From assembly GCA_045862955.1 (NCBI GenBank), contig BTVI01000002.1, positions 1 through 64,000 of the forward strand: a stretch of DNA of 64,000 nucleotides, written 5' to 3'. The number at the start of each line of letters is the position of its first letter. Positions within the stretch are counted from its first letter, which is position 1. The stretch comes from Fimbriimonadales bacterium. GTDB lineage: Bacteria; Armatimonadota; Fimbriimonadia; Fimbriimonadales; JABRVX01. The position numbers were made by a program, and so were the translations under genes. Below the pieces are notes generated by a model. The model saw only the letters and a program-made list of their open reading frames with translations, did not search any database and was not told the origin of the DNA. Positions 1-8,806 of the stretch are shown one piece after another.

Positions 1-39
1 CAGGCAACCCGCTCGGCATCGGGTAAGATCGATCCCGGC

Positions 40-113
40 GCGGGCGTAGCTCAATGGTAGAGCCCCAGCCTTCCAAGCTGGTCGCGTGGGTTCGATTCCC
101 ATCGCCCGCTCCA
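40..113 (+). tRNA. tRNA-Gly (anticodon TCC)
   Basis: GCGGGCG acceptor stem pairing with CGCCCGC, D-arm TAGCTCAATGGTAGAGC, anticodon arm CCAGC-CTTCCAA-GCTGG, T-loop GGTTCGATTCC, encoded 3' CCA. Confidence 0.97.
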
Positions 114-205
114 AACTCATCTCTCTTGGGCTCGCCTCGGCACCCCCCACCTGCGCGCCACGGATGAGCCCGATGCCTGACGTCGTCGGACCGGGAGGCA
201 CATGA

Positions 206-1552
206 ATGGACTACGTCTTGCTACTCGTTGGTATTGCGATTGGCCTGGTAGTGGGTGCGTTGGCCGGATACCTGTTCGGTAATACCCGCGCCAGCGCCGA
301 GCGACGGCAGGCGGAGGAACGTGCCGCCAGGGCCGAGACCTCGGCCCAAGAGATCCGCAAACAGATGGAGGAGCAGAAGGCGTTGCTCGCGCAGGTGGCG
401 GAGCAGTACGCCAACACCCTTAAAGCCGCCGCTGCCGAAGAACTCCGCGCATCGCGCCAGGACCTGCTAACCACCGCCGAGGAGAACCTCAAGAAGGTGG
501 CGGAGACGCTGCGCGGCAGCGTGGAGAAGGTCGTAGAGGTAGCGAAAGGCGACCTGGAGAAGCGGCAGGAGGCTATCGGCGGGCTCATCAAACCGGTGGA
601 AGAAGCGCTGAAGGGCGTCAAAGAATCTACCGAGCAGATGGAGCATCGGCGGCAACAGGCGTTCGGGGGCCTGGAGGAGCAGCTCAAGAACCTGGCTGCG
701 ATGCAAGAAACTCTCCGCAACGAGACGCGGAACCTCTCGACCGCACTCCGTCGGCCCATCGTGAGGGGACGGTGGGGCGAGGCAACGCTGCGGAATCTGG
801 TCGAGCTCTCCGGCATGTCCAAGTTCTGCGACTTCGCCGAGCAGGTCTCGACCGATACGGAGGAGGGGCGCCTGCGTCCGGACATGCTGGTTCGCTTGCC
901 CGGAGAGCGAATCGTCGTGGTGGATTCCAAAGTGCCGTTGGAGGCCTACTTGGACGCAACCGAGGCCACCGACGACGAGGAGGTGAGGTCTAAGCTCGCC
1001 AAGCACGCGCAGGCCGTGCGCAATCACATCGGGCAGCTCAGCTCCAAGAAGTATCAAGACCAGTTCGAGCAGACCCCGGACCACGTCGTGATGTTCATCC
1101 CCGGCGAGTCCTTCTTTGCCGCGGCACTAGAAGCCGATCGGGACCTGATCTCTTATGCCACCGCGCGGAACGTGGTGCTGGCAAGCCCGGGCACGCTGCT
1201 CATGATGCTGTCCACCGTGGCCTACATGTGGCGGCAGGAAGAGATGGCGCGGAACGCCGAGGAAATCAGCAAGCAGGGGAAGACGCTTTACGACCGCGTT
1301 AACGTCTTGGTGGAGCACATAAGCAGGATCGGCAGGGGCCTGAACACCGCCGTGACGGCGTACAACGATTCGGTTGGTTCGCTGGAATCGCGGGTGCTAC
1401 CGACTGCGCGCAAGCTCCGCGAGCTCGGCATACAGGGCAACGAGATCGAGCCCCTGTCACCCATCGAGACCTCACTGCGACCGCTTACCTCCCCCGAAGC
1501 CCTGGCGCTGGATGAGCCCGCAGCTACTCCGGACGACGGTGCTGGGGACTAG
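206..1552 (+). CDS. rmuC: DNA recombination protein RmuC
   Basis: N-terminal TM helix, long coiled coil, RGRWGE, LRPDMLVRLP, VVDSKVPL, VMFIPGE, LASPGTL motifs of the RmuC family; GGGAGG RBS upstream. Confidence 0.93.
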   Translation: MDYVLLLVGIAIGLVVGALAGYLFGNTRASAERRQAEERAARAETSAQEIRKQMEEQKALLAQVAEQYANTLKAAAAEELRASRQDLLTTAEENLKKVAETLRGSVEKVVEVAKGDLEKRQEAIGGLIKPVEEALKGVKESTEQMEHRRQQAFGGLEEQLKNLAAMQETLRNETRNLSTALRRPIVRGRWGEATLRNLVELSGMSKFCDFAEQVSTDTEEGRLRPDMLVRLPGERIVVVDSKVPLEAYLDATEATDDEEVRSKLAKHAQAVRNHIGQLSSKKYQDQFEQTPDHVVMFIPGESFFAAALEADRDLISYATARNVVLASPGTLLMMLSTVAYMWRQEEMARNAEEISKQGKTLYDRVNVLVEHISRIGRGLNTAVTAYNDSVGSLESRVLPTARKLRELGIQGNEIEPLSPIETSLRPLTSPEALALDEPAATPDDGAGD

Positions 1553-1593
1553 AGCCAGGTATCTCATGCCTCGAAGACACCGCGAAGACGGAC

Positions 1594-3207
1594 CTACTTC
1601 AGCAGGGCGGCGAGAACTTGGGCGAGGACGATCTTGGTCAGCGTCGCCGAGGCGTACACCGTAGCGTAGCCGACACTCGGGCGGTCGCTCTTCGACTGCT
1701 CCTGTGCGAACGCCAGCACCGCAGGCTGCGTCTGCACCGCGGCCATCATGCCGAAGAGAGTGGACTGCGGCACCCGTAGCAGCCGCGAGCCGAGCCATAG
1801 AAACAGCGTGGCTGTCACGACGGTCACCGAGGCACCGAGGGCCAACACCGTCCATCCCTCTCCCTGGCGCATCGTCTCGAAGAAGGAGTAACCGGACCGC
1901 GTGCCCACCGCCGCCAGAAAGAGAATCAGACCAATCTGCCGCAGGGTCAGGTTGGCGCTGTAAGGGATCTGCCAAACGATGGGGCCCGTGCGGTGGAGTG
2001 CGCTGAGCACGAGCGCCACTACTAGCGGTCCTCCCGCAAACCCCAGCTTGAACGTGAGGCCGCCACCGATGGGTATGGGCAGCGAACCGACGACCAGACC
2101 CAAGGCAAGCCCCAGGCTGAAGGACAGGATGTCTATCTCGCTTAAGGCGCGATAGGAGTCGCCGAAGAAGCGGCTTACCGCGTCCATGTTGGACCGCTCG
2201 GTCAGCACGCGGACCCGGTCTCCCAGCTCGAGCACCGTATCGCCGGTCGGTAAGAAGTCCACGTCGCCACGTCGCACGCGCGTCACGATGGCATTCATGC
2301 GCTGTGGAAGCTGCAGGTCACCCAGACGCTTGCCAGCCGTCTCCGGGCTGCTGACGAAGATGCGCCGATAGTCTACGAACGACCGGTCTTGCAGGAAGTC
2401 GGTGGCTGTGGGCTCCCCGAGGATCCGGATGGCCTTTTCTGTATCCTCCTCGGTGCCGAGCACACTGAGAACGTCGCCTTCCTGCAGCACGTGCTCGCCG
2501 GTAGCGACCGCCACCTCCTTGCCGCGTTGCAGGCGGCCGAAGACGACCTTACAGTCGTGCCGAGCAGAAAAGTCCCGAATGCTCTGACCGAAGACCGCGG
2601 GGTTACAGACTCGCGCGGCGCGGAGGACGAGCGCGGGCGTAGCCTCTTCCTCGCTGTGGCCGTTGCGCGAGCCACGAGCTGCGCGGAAGAGCGATATCAC
2701 CAAGATCACCCCTAGCACCCCGAAAGGGTACGTGATCGAGTAACCGACAACCGGATCGTTCGCGCTGGGGCTATCCTTCAGCGTCTCGAGCACCGCTGCA
2801 AGCGCTGGCGTATTCGTGAGGCTGCCAGTGTAGGCACCTGCGGCAACGGGACCGCTGAGCCCCAGCACCACTGGCGCGGCGACGATGAGCCCCGCAGCCG
2901 CCACCAAGACACCGATGGTCAGGAGGTTCGCCGCGATTCCCCGCCGGTTCAGCGAGCGTACGAAGCTCGGACCGCTGCTGAGCCCGATGGTGTACACGAA
3001 GACGGTGAGACCCAGAAGGTAGATGATCTCGGGCAACTTCAGTTCGGGATGTAGCGCGCCAAGACCCAAGCCGACGAAGAGAACCGCCGCGATGCCGAGA
3101 CTGCAGCCGGCAATGCGTAGCCGGCCCAAGGGGTACCCGATGCCCGCCACGACGAACAGCAGCAGGATGGGGTTCTCGGCCAGGTATGCGATGACGCGTT
3201 CGATCAT
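1594..3207 (-). CDS. Aspartate:alanine exchanger (AspT/YidE/YbjL) family transporter with two TrkA-C domains
   Basis: Two hydrophobic halves with GSLTNTPALAA and GYSITYPFG / QTQPAVL and GYATVYAS, separated by two RCK-C-like domains (LQEGDVL, LELGDRV). Confidence 0.9.
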   Translation of the reverse strand: MIERVIAYLAENPILLLFVVAGIGYPLGRLRIAGCSLGIAAVLFVGLGLGALHPELKLPEIIYLLGLTVFVYTIGLSSGPSFVRSLNRRGIAANLLTIGVLVAAAGLIVAAPVVLGLSGPVAAGAYTGSLTNTPALAAVLETLKDSPSANDPVVGYSITYPFGVLGVILVISLFRAARGSRNGHSEEEATPALVLRAARVCNPAVFGQSIRDFSARHDCKVVFGRLQRGKEVAVATGEHVLQEGDVLSVLGTEEDTEKAIRILGEPTATDFLQDRSFVDYRRIFVSSPETAGKRLGDLQLPQRMNAIVTRVRRGDVDFLPTGDTVLELGDRVRVLTERSNMDAVSRFFGDSYRALSEIDILSFSLGLALGLVVGSLPIPIGGGLTFKLGFAGGPLVVALVLSALHRTGPIVWQIPYSANLTLRQIGLILFLAAVGTRSGYSFFETMRQGEGWTVLALGASVTVVTATLFLWLGSRLLRVPQSTLFGMMAAVQTQPAVLAFAQEQSKSDRPSVGYATVYASATLTKIVLAQVLAALLK

Positions 3208-3445
3208 GTTCCTACGAGCGCCTAGTATGGCAGGAGGCTTGCATGACGCCGTCCCGGCGACCTAAAGGCGACGCGCGCGCCGCGCGTGTTTTCGCCGTCT
3301 CGGCGAAGTGCTGGTCCGGCGAAACGCCGGTTCTGCGTGGCTGAGGGATGAGCGAGCCTCCGCGAGGGCGCCGGAGATGACTAGCCAATCGGTCTTTGCC
3401 AAAGGTGCTAGATGGCAAGGCGAATCGGAGGGGCCGCTGCGACGC

Positions 3446-5335
3446 TCATCCCGAGGTCGGACCAGTTTGCGAGCGCACGATCTCCGCGGCAACCCGAGCG
3501 CGCGCTCGGGCCGGAATCGGCTTGCCCTGTTCATCCACCACCGCCACCCCCCCGTTCACCGGCTGCGTGCGCCATCCGAGGGCGTGCCGGAACTCCTCTC
3601 TCCCCTCCCACAGGTAAGGTACAGGCAGGAAGCCGGCCCAGAAGGCTCGATAAAGTCCCTCTGGGGAGTAGGGATCGGGGATGGACGCCTCCACCTCCTC
3701 GAGCACGGCACGCGCCTCGGCTAGCAAGTGGTCCGTGCGCCGGATGACCTCGCGGTTGCGAGCCATGTCTTCGACCTTGCCACTCGCGCGCAAGCGGCGA
3801 TACTCGGCGAGGGCAGCCCGTGTGATCTGCACGCTCTCGTTGACCACCGTGGGGTCAGCAAGGTGCGATGCCTCGGAGTAGCTCACGACGTGGATGATCG
3901 GTGGGCTCGTCGGGTCGTCGGGCTCGATGTCGTCCATCAGCGCTGTGACCGCAGCTAGCTGAGCTTTGGCCTTGTCTAGATCTGGCGAGAAGTAGTCGAG
4001 ACCGGCGCGCGGCTGCAAGTAAACGGTGTATCGCTCGTCTTCCAGCTCACGCACCAAGGCCAACAGAGCCCGAGCCTTCGCCAGGTCCTGAATGCCCCAC
4101 GTGTACTTCGGCGTGTTCAGCATCGTCTGGAGCACGAGCCTACGCACCCCGAGCCGCTTGGCCGTTCTCGCCGCCAGAACCGAGGACACGATGTACGTCA
4201 CGTCGTCCGCTCCGCGAAATGCGAAATGGTGGGGGATGTTCGGCTCGAAGGGCTTGCCGGTGTCCGCGATCACACGCAGCGTCTCGACATGTTCCCTCAA
4301 GTTTTCCAGCACAGTGTGAGGCCCGCGACCATCAATCAGGCAGAACCACCAGAACGAGAGAGCGTGCCAGGCTATGTGAATCGTCTCCTCGTACATGCGA
4401 GCGAGCACGGGAATGTTGCGGGTCCCGGCATAAGTACGAACCAGCATCGGGCGGGCCGCCTGCCAAACCGCCCGGAACTCGGCCTCCGAGTTGATCGGGA
4501 CTCCGCCACCATTCGGCTTGTCTCCCCAGTCCTTGCCAAAGTCGGACTGCGTTAGCTGCGAAGTTCCGACGGAAAGCACGTCCAGAAGGCCCGCGCCCGC
4601 AAGCTGTCGCGTCCAGTCCAGGAAGGACTGGACCGCTCGCGCCCGATTCGGCTCGTAGGGCCCGACGTGCGCCCGCATGAGTGGCGGAAGTCCTCGCTCT
4701 TTGCCGTGGCCAACGCGCGCGGCGAGCGTGTCCGACGCCGTCCCGAACTCCGCGTACCCAGTGCGGTCCACGGGCCCGACCGCGAGATGTCGCCCTGACC
4801 GAACCAAGTCCCGGCCGAATGCCGAGCGTGCCTCGTCATAGGCCGCGTGCTCACTGATCTCGCGCGGCACCAGGTGGCTCGGGATGCCCAGCCTCTCCAG
4901 CGTCTCTGCGGGAGTCTCGTCGCCAACGAACACGCCGACCAAGTCCCCGTGCTCCCGTTTCACTGCGGCACACGCGGCGGGTAGACCTGCAAAGTACAGC
5001 GCTCGCAACGGGCCGCCTTGCGCTGAAAGCAGGCGTCGCGAGCGCAGCCGGTCAAGGAGCCGCCCGAACAACTCAGCGCCCTCTGCAGGGTCCAAGCGGT
5101 AGCTAAAGCCCAGCCGACTGATGCCTTGTTCCTTGATCCACCGTTCCAGGATTGCCACGTTGTCCAGCCGCGATGGTCGCCCGGTTGCTTCGCAGATTCG
5201 CGCATCCGCTATCACGGTGCGATAACCGCAGTCGTGCAGCAGCTGCTCGACCGTGGCAACGCCCAATGTGTGCGCATCCACGTAAGGCCGTACGAACCCG
5301 AACACCTCGCCCCGGCGAACCTCTGAAGTACCCAT
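3446..5335 (-). CDS. Cobalamin-binding protein: N-terminal B12-binding domain fused to a glutamate-mutase-E-like barrel
   Basis: VDAHTLG fits the base-off/His-on D-x-H-x-x-G motif, followed by GFSYRL and YFAG; the ~420-aa C-terminal part resembles GlmE as I recall it (see findings). Confidence 0.75.
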   Translation of the reverse strand: MGTSEVRRGEVFGFVRPYVDAHTLGVATVEQLLHDCGYRTVIADARICEATGRPSRLDNVAILERWIKEQGISRLGFSYRLDPAEGAELFGRLLDRLRSRRLLSAQGGPLRALYFAGLPAACAAVKREHGDLVGVFVGDETPAETLERLGIPSHLVPREISEHAAYDEARSAFGRDLVRSGRHLAVGPVDRTGYAEFGTASDTLAARVGHGKERGLPPLMRAHVGPYEPNRARAVQSFLDWTRQLAGAGLLDVLSVGTSQLTQSDFGKDWGDKPNGGGVPINSEAEFRAVWQAARPMLVRTYAGTRNIPVLARMYEETIHIAWHALSFWWFCLIDGRGPHTVLENLREHVETLRVIADTGKPFEPNIPHHFAFRGADDVTYIVSSVLAARTAKRLGVRRLVLQTMLNTPKYTWGIQDLAKARALLALVRELEDERYTVYLQPRAGLDYFSPDLDKAKAQLAAVTALMDDIEPDDPTSPPIIHVVSYSEASHLADPTVVNESVQITRAALAEYRRLRASGKVEDMARNREVIRRTDHLLAEARAVLEEVEASIPDPYSPEGLYRAFWAGFLPVPYLWEGREEFRHALGWRTQPVNGGVAVVDEQGKPIPARARARVAAEIVRSQTGPTSG

Positions 5336-5353
5336 GACTGACGTATACCAACT

Positions 5354-6562
5354 CTAGCGCGTGCGTGTCGGCCCAGTCGCCTTGGTAACCGCGGGTTTGC
5401 CGTTGGCAGCCTTTCGCCCTCTCGGCTGGTCGCCGTCCAGGATCAGGCGCCTCAGCTGTTGCAGGCTCATACCCGCGATGCCCATGGTCTCCACCGTCCG
5501 TCCCACCTTCCAGTAGTCGCATTCGTGGATCAGGCCGGCGAGGTGAATGATGGCCTTTATGGTCGGGCAGGGCACCCCGAGCATGTCGCCTAACGAGGCG
5601 ATGGGCACTAGGCTCATGGGAACGTCCTCGGTCAGGTAGCGGTGTGCGAGGGTGTGCGGAGCTTTGATGCCGTAATAGCCCGAGTTCGCTCGAATCGCGT
5701 CGAAAAGCGTTCGCCCGGCGGCATCGTAGGCGATGTACAGCCACTCCCGGGCGGTCATGCAGTTGAAGCCCATCGCCGCACCCACCGCGACCCGCTCGGC
5801 GTCTATCGCCTCCAGGATCAGCGCAGACGAGCGCGAGATACCCTCGATGTAGTACTCGAAGTCACCGCGAGTGCTCTCAATGCGAGCGCAGTTCAGCACC
5901 GTGACGGCCGGGTGGAAGATAGCCCCGATGTTGTCGAGGCTCGTCTTCATGACGTTGTCGCCCGGCACGAACTCTTTGTAGGCAGGAGAGAGTGCGCGGA
6001 TGACGTCGGGGGTCTTGTAGGCGGGGATGGCAGCCACCGGGACGCTATTCTTTATACCGAAGATCTGAACCTGAGCCGGGTTGAGCGCTCGCGAGGCGTA
6101 TAGCAACGTCTGCGCCTCTGCGATGATGACCCCGGGGTTGCCGCCAGCTTGTAGAAAGCGGTGCCGGAACTCCAGCGCGCCGCCGGTCCGGCCGGGGTTG
6201 AGCACTACGATGGAGCCTTCCTTCAAATAGGGCGCGCACTGCTCCGCCATGAAGTCGTGCCCTGTCGCAGGCACCACCACCATGGCGATGTCCGCACCCG
6301 GCAGCGCCTTCTTCGCGTCGTTCGTGACCACTTCGGGTTCCGCGTGGCCGCTCGGCAGGTCGTCGCGCTCGTGGCTCGCGATGAGCTGGATGTAGCCGCT
6401 CTGAACGATGGGCTGAATGCGCGCCTCGCTGCGGTTGTACAGCCGCACACGGAAACCCATGAGGCACAGGTGGGCGGCCATCGCGAGGCCCCCGTTGCCT
6501 GCGCCCATCACGCAGAATACGGGACCATTCTGTTCCGGTTTGGTTTTGCTCTTCTTAGGCAT
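5354..6562 (-). CDS. NAD/NADP-dependent octopine/nopaline (opine) dehydrogenase family protein
   Basis: Rossmann VMGAGNGG, LNPGRTGG, IFHPAVTVLN, RYLTEDVP motifs; AAGGAGG RBS upstream. Confidence 0.88.
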   Translation of the reverse strand: MPKKSKTKPEQNGPVFCVMGAGNGGLAMAAHLCLMGFRVRLYNRSEARIQPIVQSGYIQLIASHERDDLPSGHAEPEVVTNDAKKALPGADIAMVVVPATGHDFMAEQCAPYLKEGSIVVLNPGRTGGALEFRHRFLQAGGNPGVIIAEAQTLLYASRALNPAQVQIFGIKNSVPVAAIPAYKTPDVIRALSPAYKEFVPGDNVMKTSLDNIGAIFHPAVTVLNCARIESTRGDFEYYIEGISRSSALILEAIDAERVAVGAAMGFNCMTAREWLYIAYDAAGRTLFDAIRANSGYYGIKAPHTLAHRYLTEDVPMSLVPIASLGDMLGVPCPTIKAIIHLAGLIHECDYWKVGRTVETMGIAGMSLQQLRRLILDGDQPRGRKAANGKPAVTKATGPTRTR

Positions 6563-6687
6563 TCGGTTGCCTCCTTCACGGCCCTCTGCCGCACCGAGTG
6601 GCCAGTGTAGACCAGGCGTTGTTCAGACGGGGTTACTCTGGGCCAGGTGTCACGGAAATGCCGCGTAACGGAAGAAATCTGATTCTG

Positions 6688-7854
6688 CTAGGAGGCTGGA
6701 TCCCCGAAGTCGGGTATCTCCAACAGCTCGCCACCCCGCAGAGAGGATTCGTGGGCAAGGAGGCCCGGGAGCACGTATCGAGCAGCCTGCCACACGTTGT
6801 TCGGAGGCTGCTCGCCTGCATGGACGGCCTTCACGAAGTCGTCGACTAGGAACTGGTGCGAGCCGAAGTGCCCATTCGGCAGGCCCAAGAACTCCTTCGG
6901 GAGGCGCAGAAGGTCGTGGATCGGGGAGACGTCGCGGAAAGCCGCTTGGGCCGAGTCCGGGGGGACCTCGGTGCCATCGGGCATGCGCTTCGCGCATCGC
7001 AGCAGGTCGTCCAGGCGTGTGACTTCGTGCCTGCCCGTCCACACCGCGCCGGCCACCGTATCCTGGAAGCATCCTTCGGTGCCGTACATGGACATCCTCT
7101 CGACACACGGGTGTCCGATGCGGCGGAACTCGTTGATGCGACACACGCTACCATCGGACATGCGGAATAGAGCCGACTGATTCGAGAACCGGTTGTCCCA
7201 GACGTTGGTTGCGGGGCCGTAGATCTGCTGCTCGCTGTCCTCGAAGCCCTGGCAGGAAACGTGCGTCATCCGCTGGCCGAGCACAGACACGATCGGAGCG
7301 ACGGAGTGGGTGGGGTATAGCATAGGAGGACTTCCGGCGAAGCGACGCCACTGCTCGCCCCCTCGCGTTTGCATCACATCGTACAGGCCGTGGTCCCAGT
7401 CGTGATAGTATTCCCCTTCGGAGTAGACGACCCGGCCGAAGGCTCCCTTCGCAACCTGCTGCCTGCAGTAGATAGTGCCTGGGTAGTAGTAGCTGGTTTC
7501 TCCCAGCATATAGATGCGCCCGGTCCCTTCTACTGCACTAACCAGGCTCTCGACCTCCTGCACGCTGATGCACGGAGGCACTGCGGAGTAGACATGCTTG
7601 CCAGCGAGAAGAGCTTGCACAGCTTGCGGCCCGTGCAACCAGTTCTGGGTGAAAATGGCTACCGCATCCACGTCTGTTTCGAGCACAGCCTGGAGGGAGG
7701 GGAAAGTGCGCGTGACGTGGTATTTCGCCGCAGTCTCGGACAGCTTTCCCTCGTCCAGGTCGCAGAGCACCACTTCGTCAATCAGAGGGTGCGCCCGAAA
7801 CAGCGGAATGAAACTGTGTGCGAACGAACCACATCCAACGATTGCGATTGTCAT
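6688..7854 (-). CDS. Gfo/Idh/MocA family oxidoreductase
   Basis: IAIVGCGSFA Rossmann start, HGPQAVQALLAGKHVYSAVP, YMLGETSYY, YPTHS. Confidence 0.9.
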   Translation of the reverse strand: MTIAIVGCGSFAHSFIPLFRAHPLIDEVVLCDLDEGKLSETAAKYHVTRTFPSLQAVLETDVDAVAIFTQNWLHGPQAVQALLAGKHVYSAVPPCISVQEVESLVSAVEGTGRIYMLGETSYYYPGTIYCRQQVAKGAFGRVVYSEGEYYHDWDHGLYDVMQTRGGEQWRRFAGSPPMLYPTHSVAPIVSVLGQRMTHVSCQGFEDSEQQIYGPATNVWDNRFSNQSALFRMSDGSVCRINEFRRIGHPCVERMSMYGTEGCFQDTVAGAVWTGRHEVTRLDDLLRCAKRMPDGTEVPPDSAQAAFRDVSPIHDLLRLPKEFLGLPNGHFGSHQFLVDDFVKAVHAGEQPPNNVWQAARYVLPGLLAHESSLRGGELLEIPDFGDPAS

Positions 7855-7902
7855 GTTAAGCTATCTCCTTCCTGCGTGTATCATGCCATTTGCTTCTGCT
7901 TT

Positions 7903-8717
7903 TCACCACTCCAGCGGGTGGGTCACCGGCGACGCCATGCCGAGCGCCTCGTCAGCCGGGCCCTCGGCGAGTCACCGAGACACCCTCCCATCGATCCTAG
8001 CCCTCACCACTCCAGCGGATGGGTCACCGGCGACGCCATGCCGAACCCGCCGTCACGCTGTGCCTGTCGCCGCGCTGTACCTGTCGCCAATGCCAAACCC
8101 CGTCGTCATGCTGAGCCTGTCGAAGCATGACACCGCCGGCCGCACGTTTTCGAAATCCCTAGGTGGCTCTGGCACTGACCGATGCCATGCTTCGACAAGC
8201 TCAGCATGACGGTCCTTGGAGGTTCCCGAAGGGATGCGCGGCCGCCTGCTTCGACCGGCTCAGCATGACGAAGTTCCTTGTTCTGCCTCGTCAGCCGGGC
8301 CCTCGGCGAGTCGCCGACACACCCTCCCCTCGATCCTAGCCCTCACCACTCCAGCGGATGGGTCACCGGCGACGTCATGCCGAACCCGCCGTCACGCTGT
8401 GCCTGCCGTCACGCTGTACCTGTCGCCAACACCAAACCCCGCCCTCATGGTGAGCCTGTCGCCACGCTGTACCTGTCGCCAATGCCAAACCCCGTCGTCA
8501 TGCTGAGCCTGTCGAAGCATGACACCGCCGGCCGCACGTTTTCGAGATCCCTAAGTGGCTCTGGCACTGACCGATGCCATGCTTCGACAGGCTCAGCATG
8601 ACGGTCCTTGGGTGCCCGCTAAGGGATGCGGCCGCCTGCTTCGACAAGCTCAGCATGACGGTCCTTGGAGGTTCCCGAAGGGATGCGGCCGCATGCTTCG
8701 ACCGGCTCAGCATGACG
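7903..8717. repeat. REP cluster 1 (mosaic of CGTC-tagged 26-bp palindromic repeats)
   Basis: Consensus CGTCATGCTGAGC(C/T)TGTCGAAGCATG. Forward copies at 8104 and 8496; reverse copies at 8186, 8245, 8578, 8635 and 8692. A ~350-400 bp block is duplicated internally. Confidence 0.93.
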
Positions 8718-8806
8718 GGGCTGGGGGGTCCGCTAACGGACAGGCCCGGATGCGTCCACTGGCCCACCATGATGGTCTGCTGGCAGAGTGACGCTGCCAC
8801 GGACGC

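Noticed and set aside
40..205. tRNA-Gly as an integration site for an island
   Set aside because: No integrase follows, and I noticed no duplicate of the tRNA 3' end in the window; rmuC is directly downstream.
4003..4017. QPRAG in the B12 protein as the GlmE substrate-binding QPRAG motif
   Set aside because: It lies late in the barrel, whereas the GlmE motif is in the first strand; the positional equivalent appears to be RAHVG, so the match is probably coincidental.
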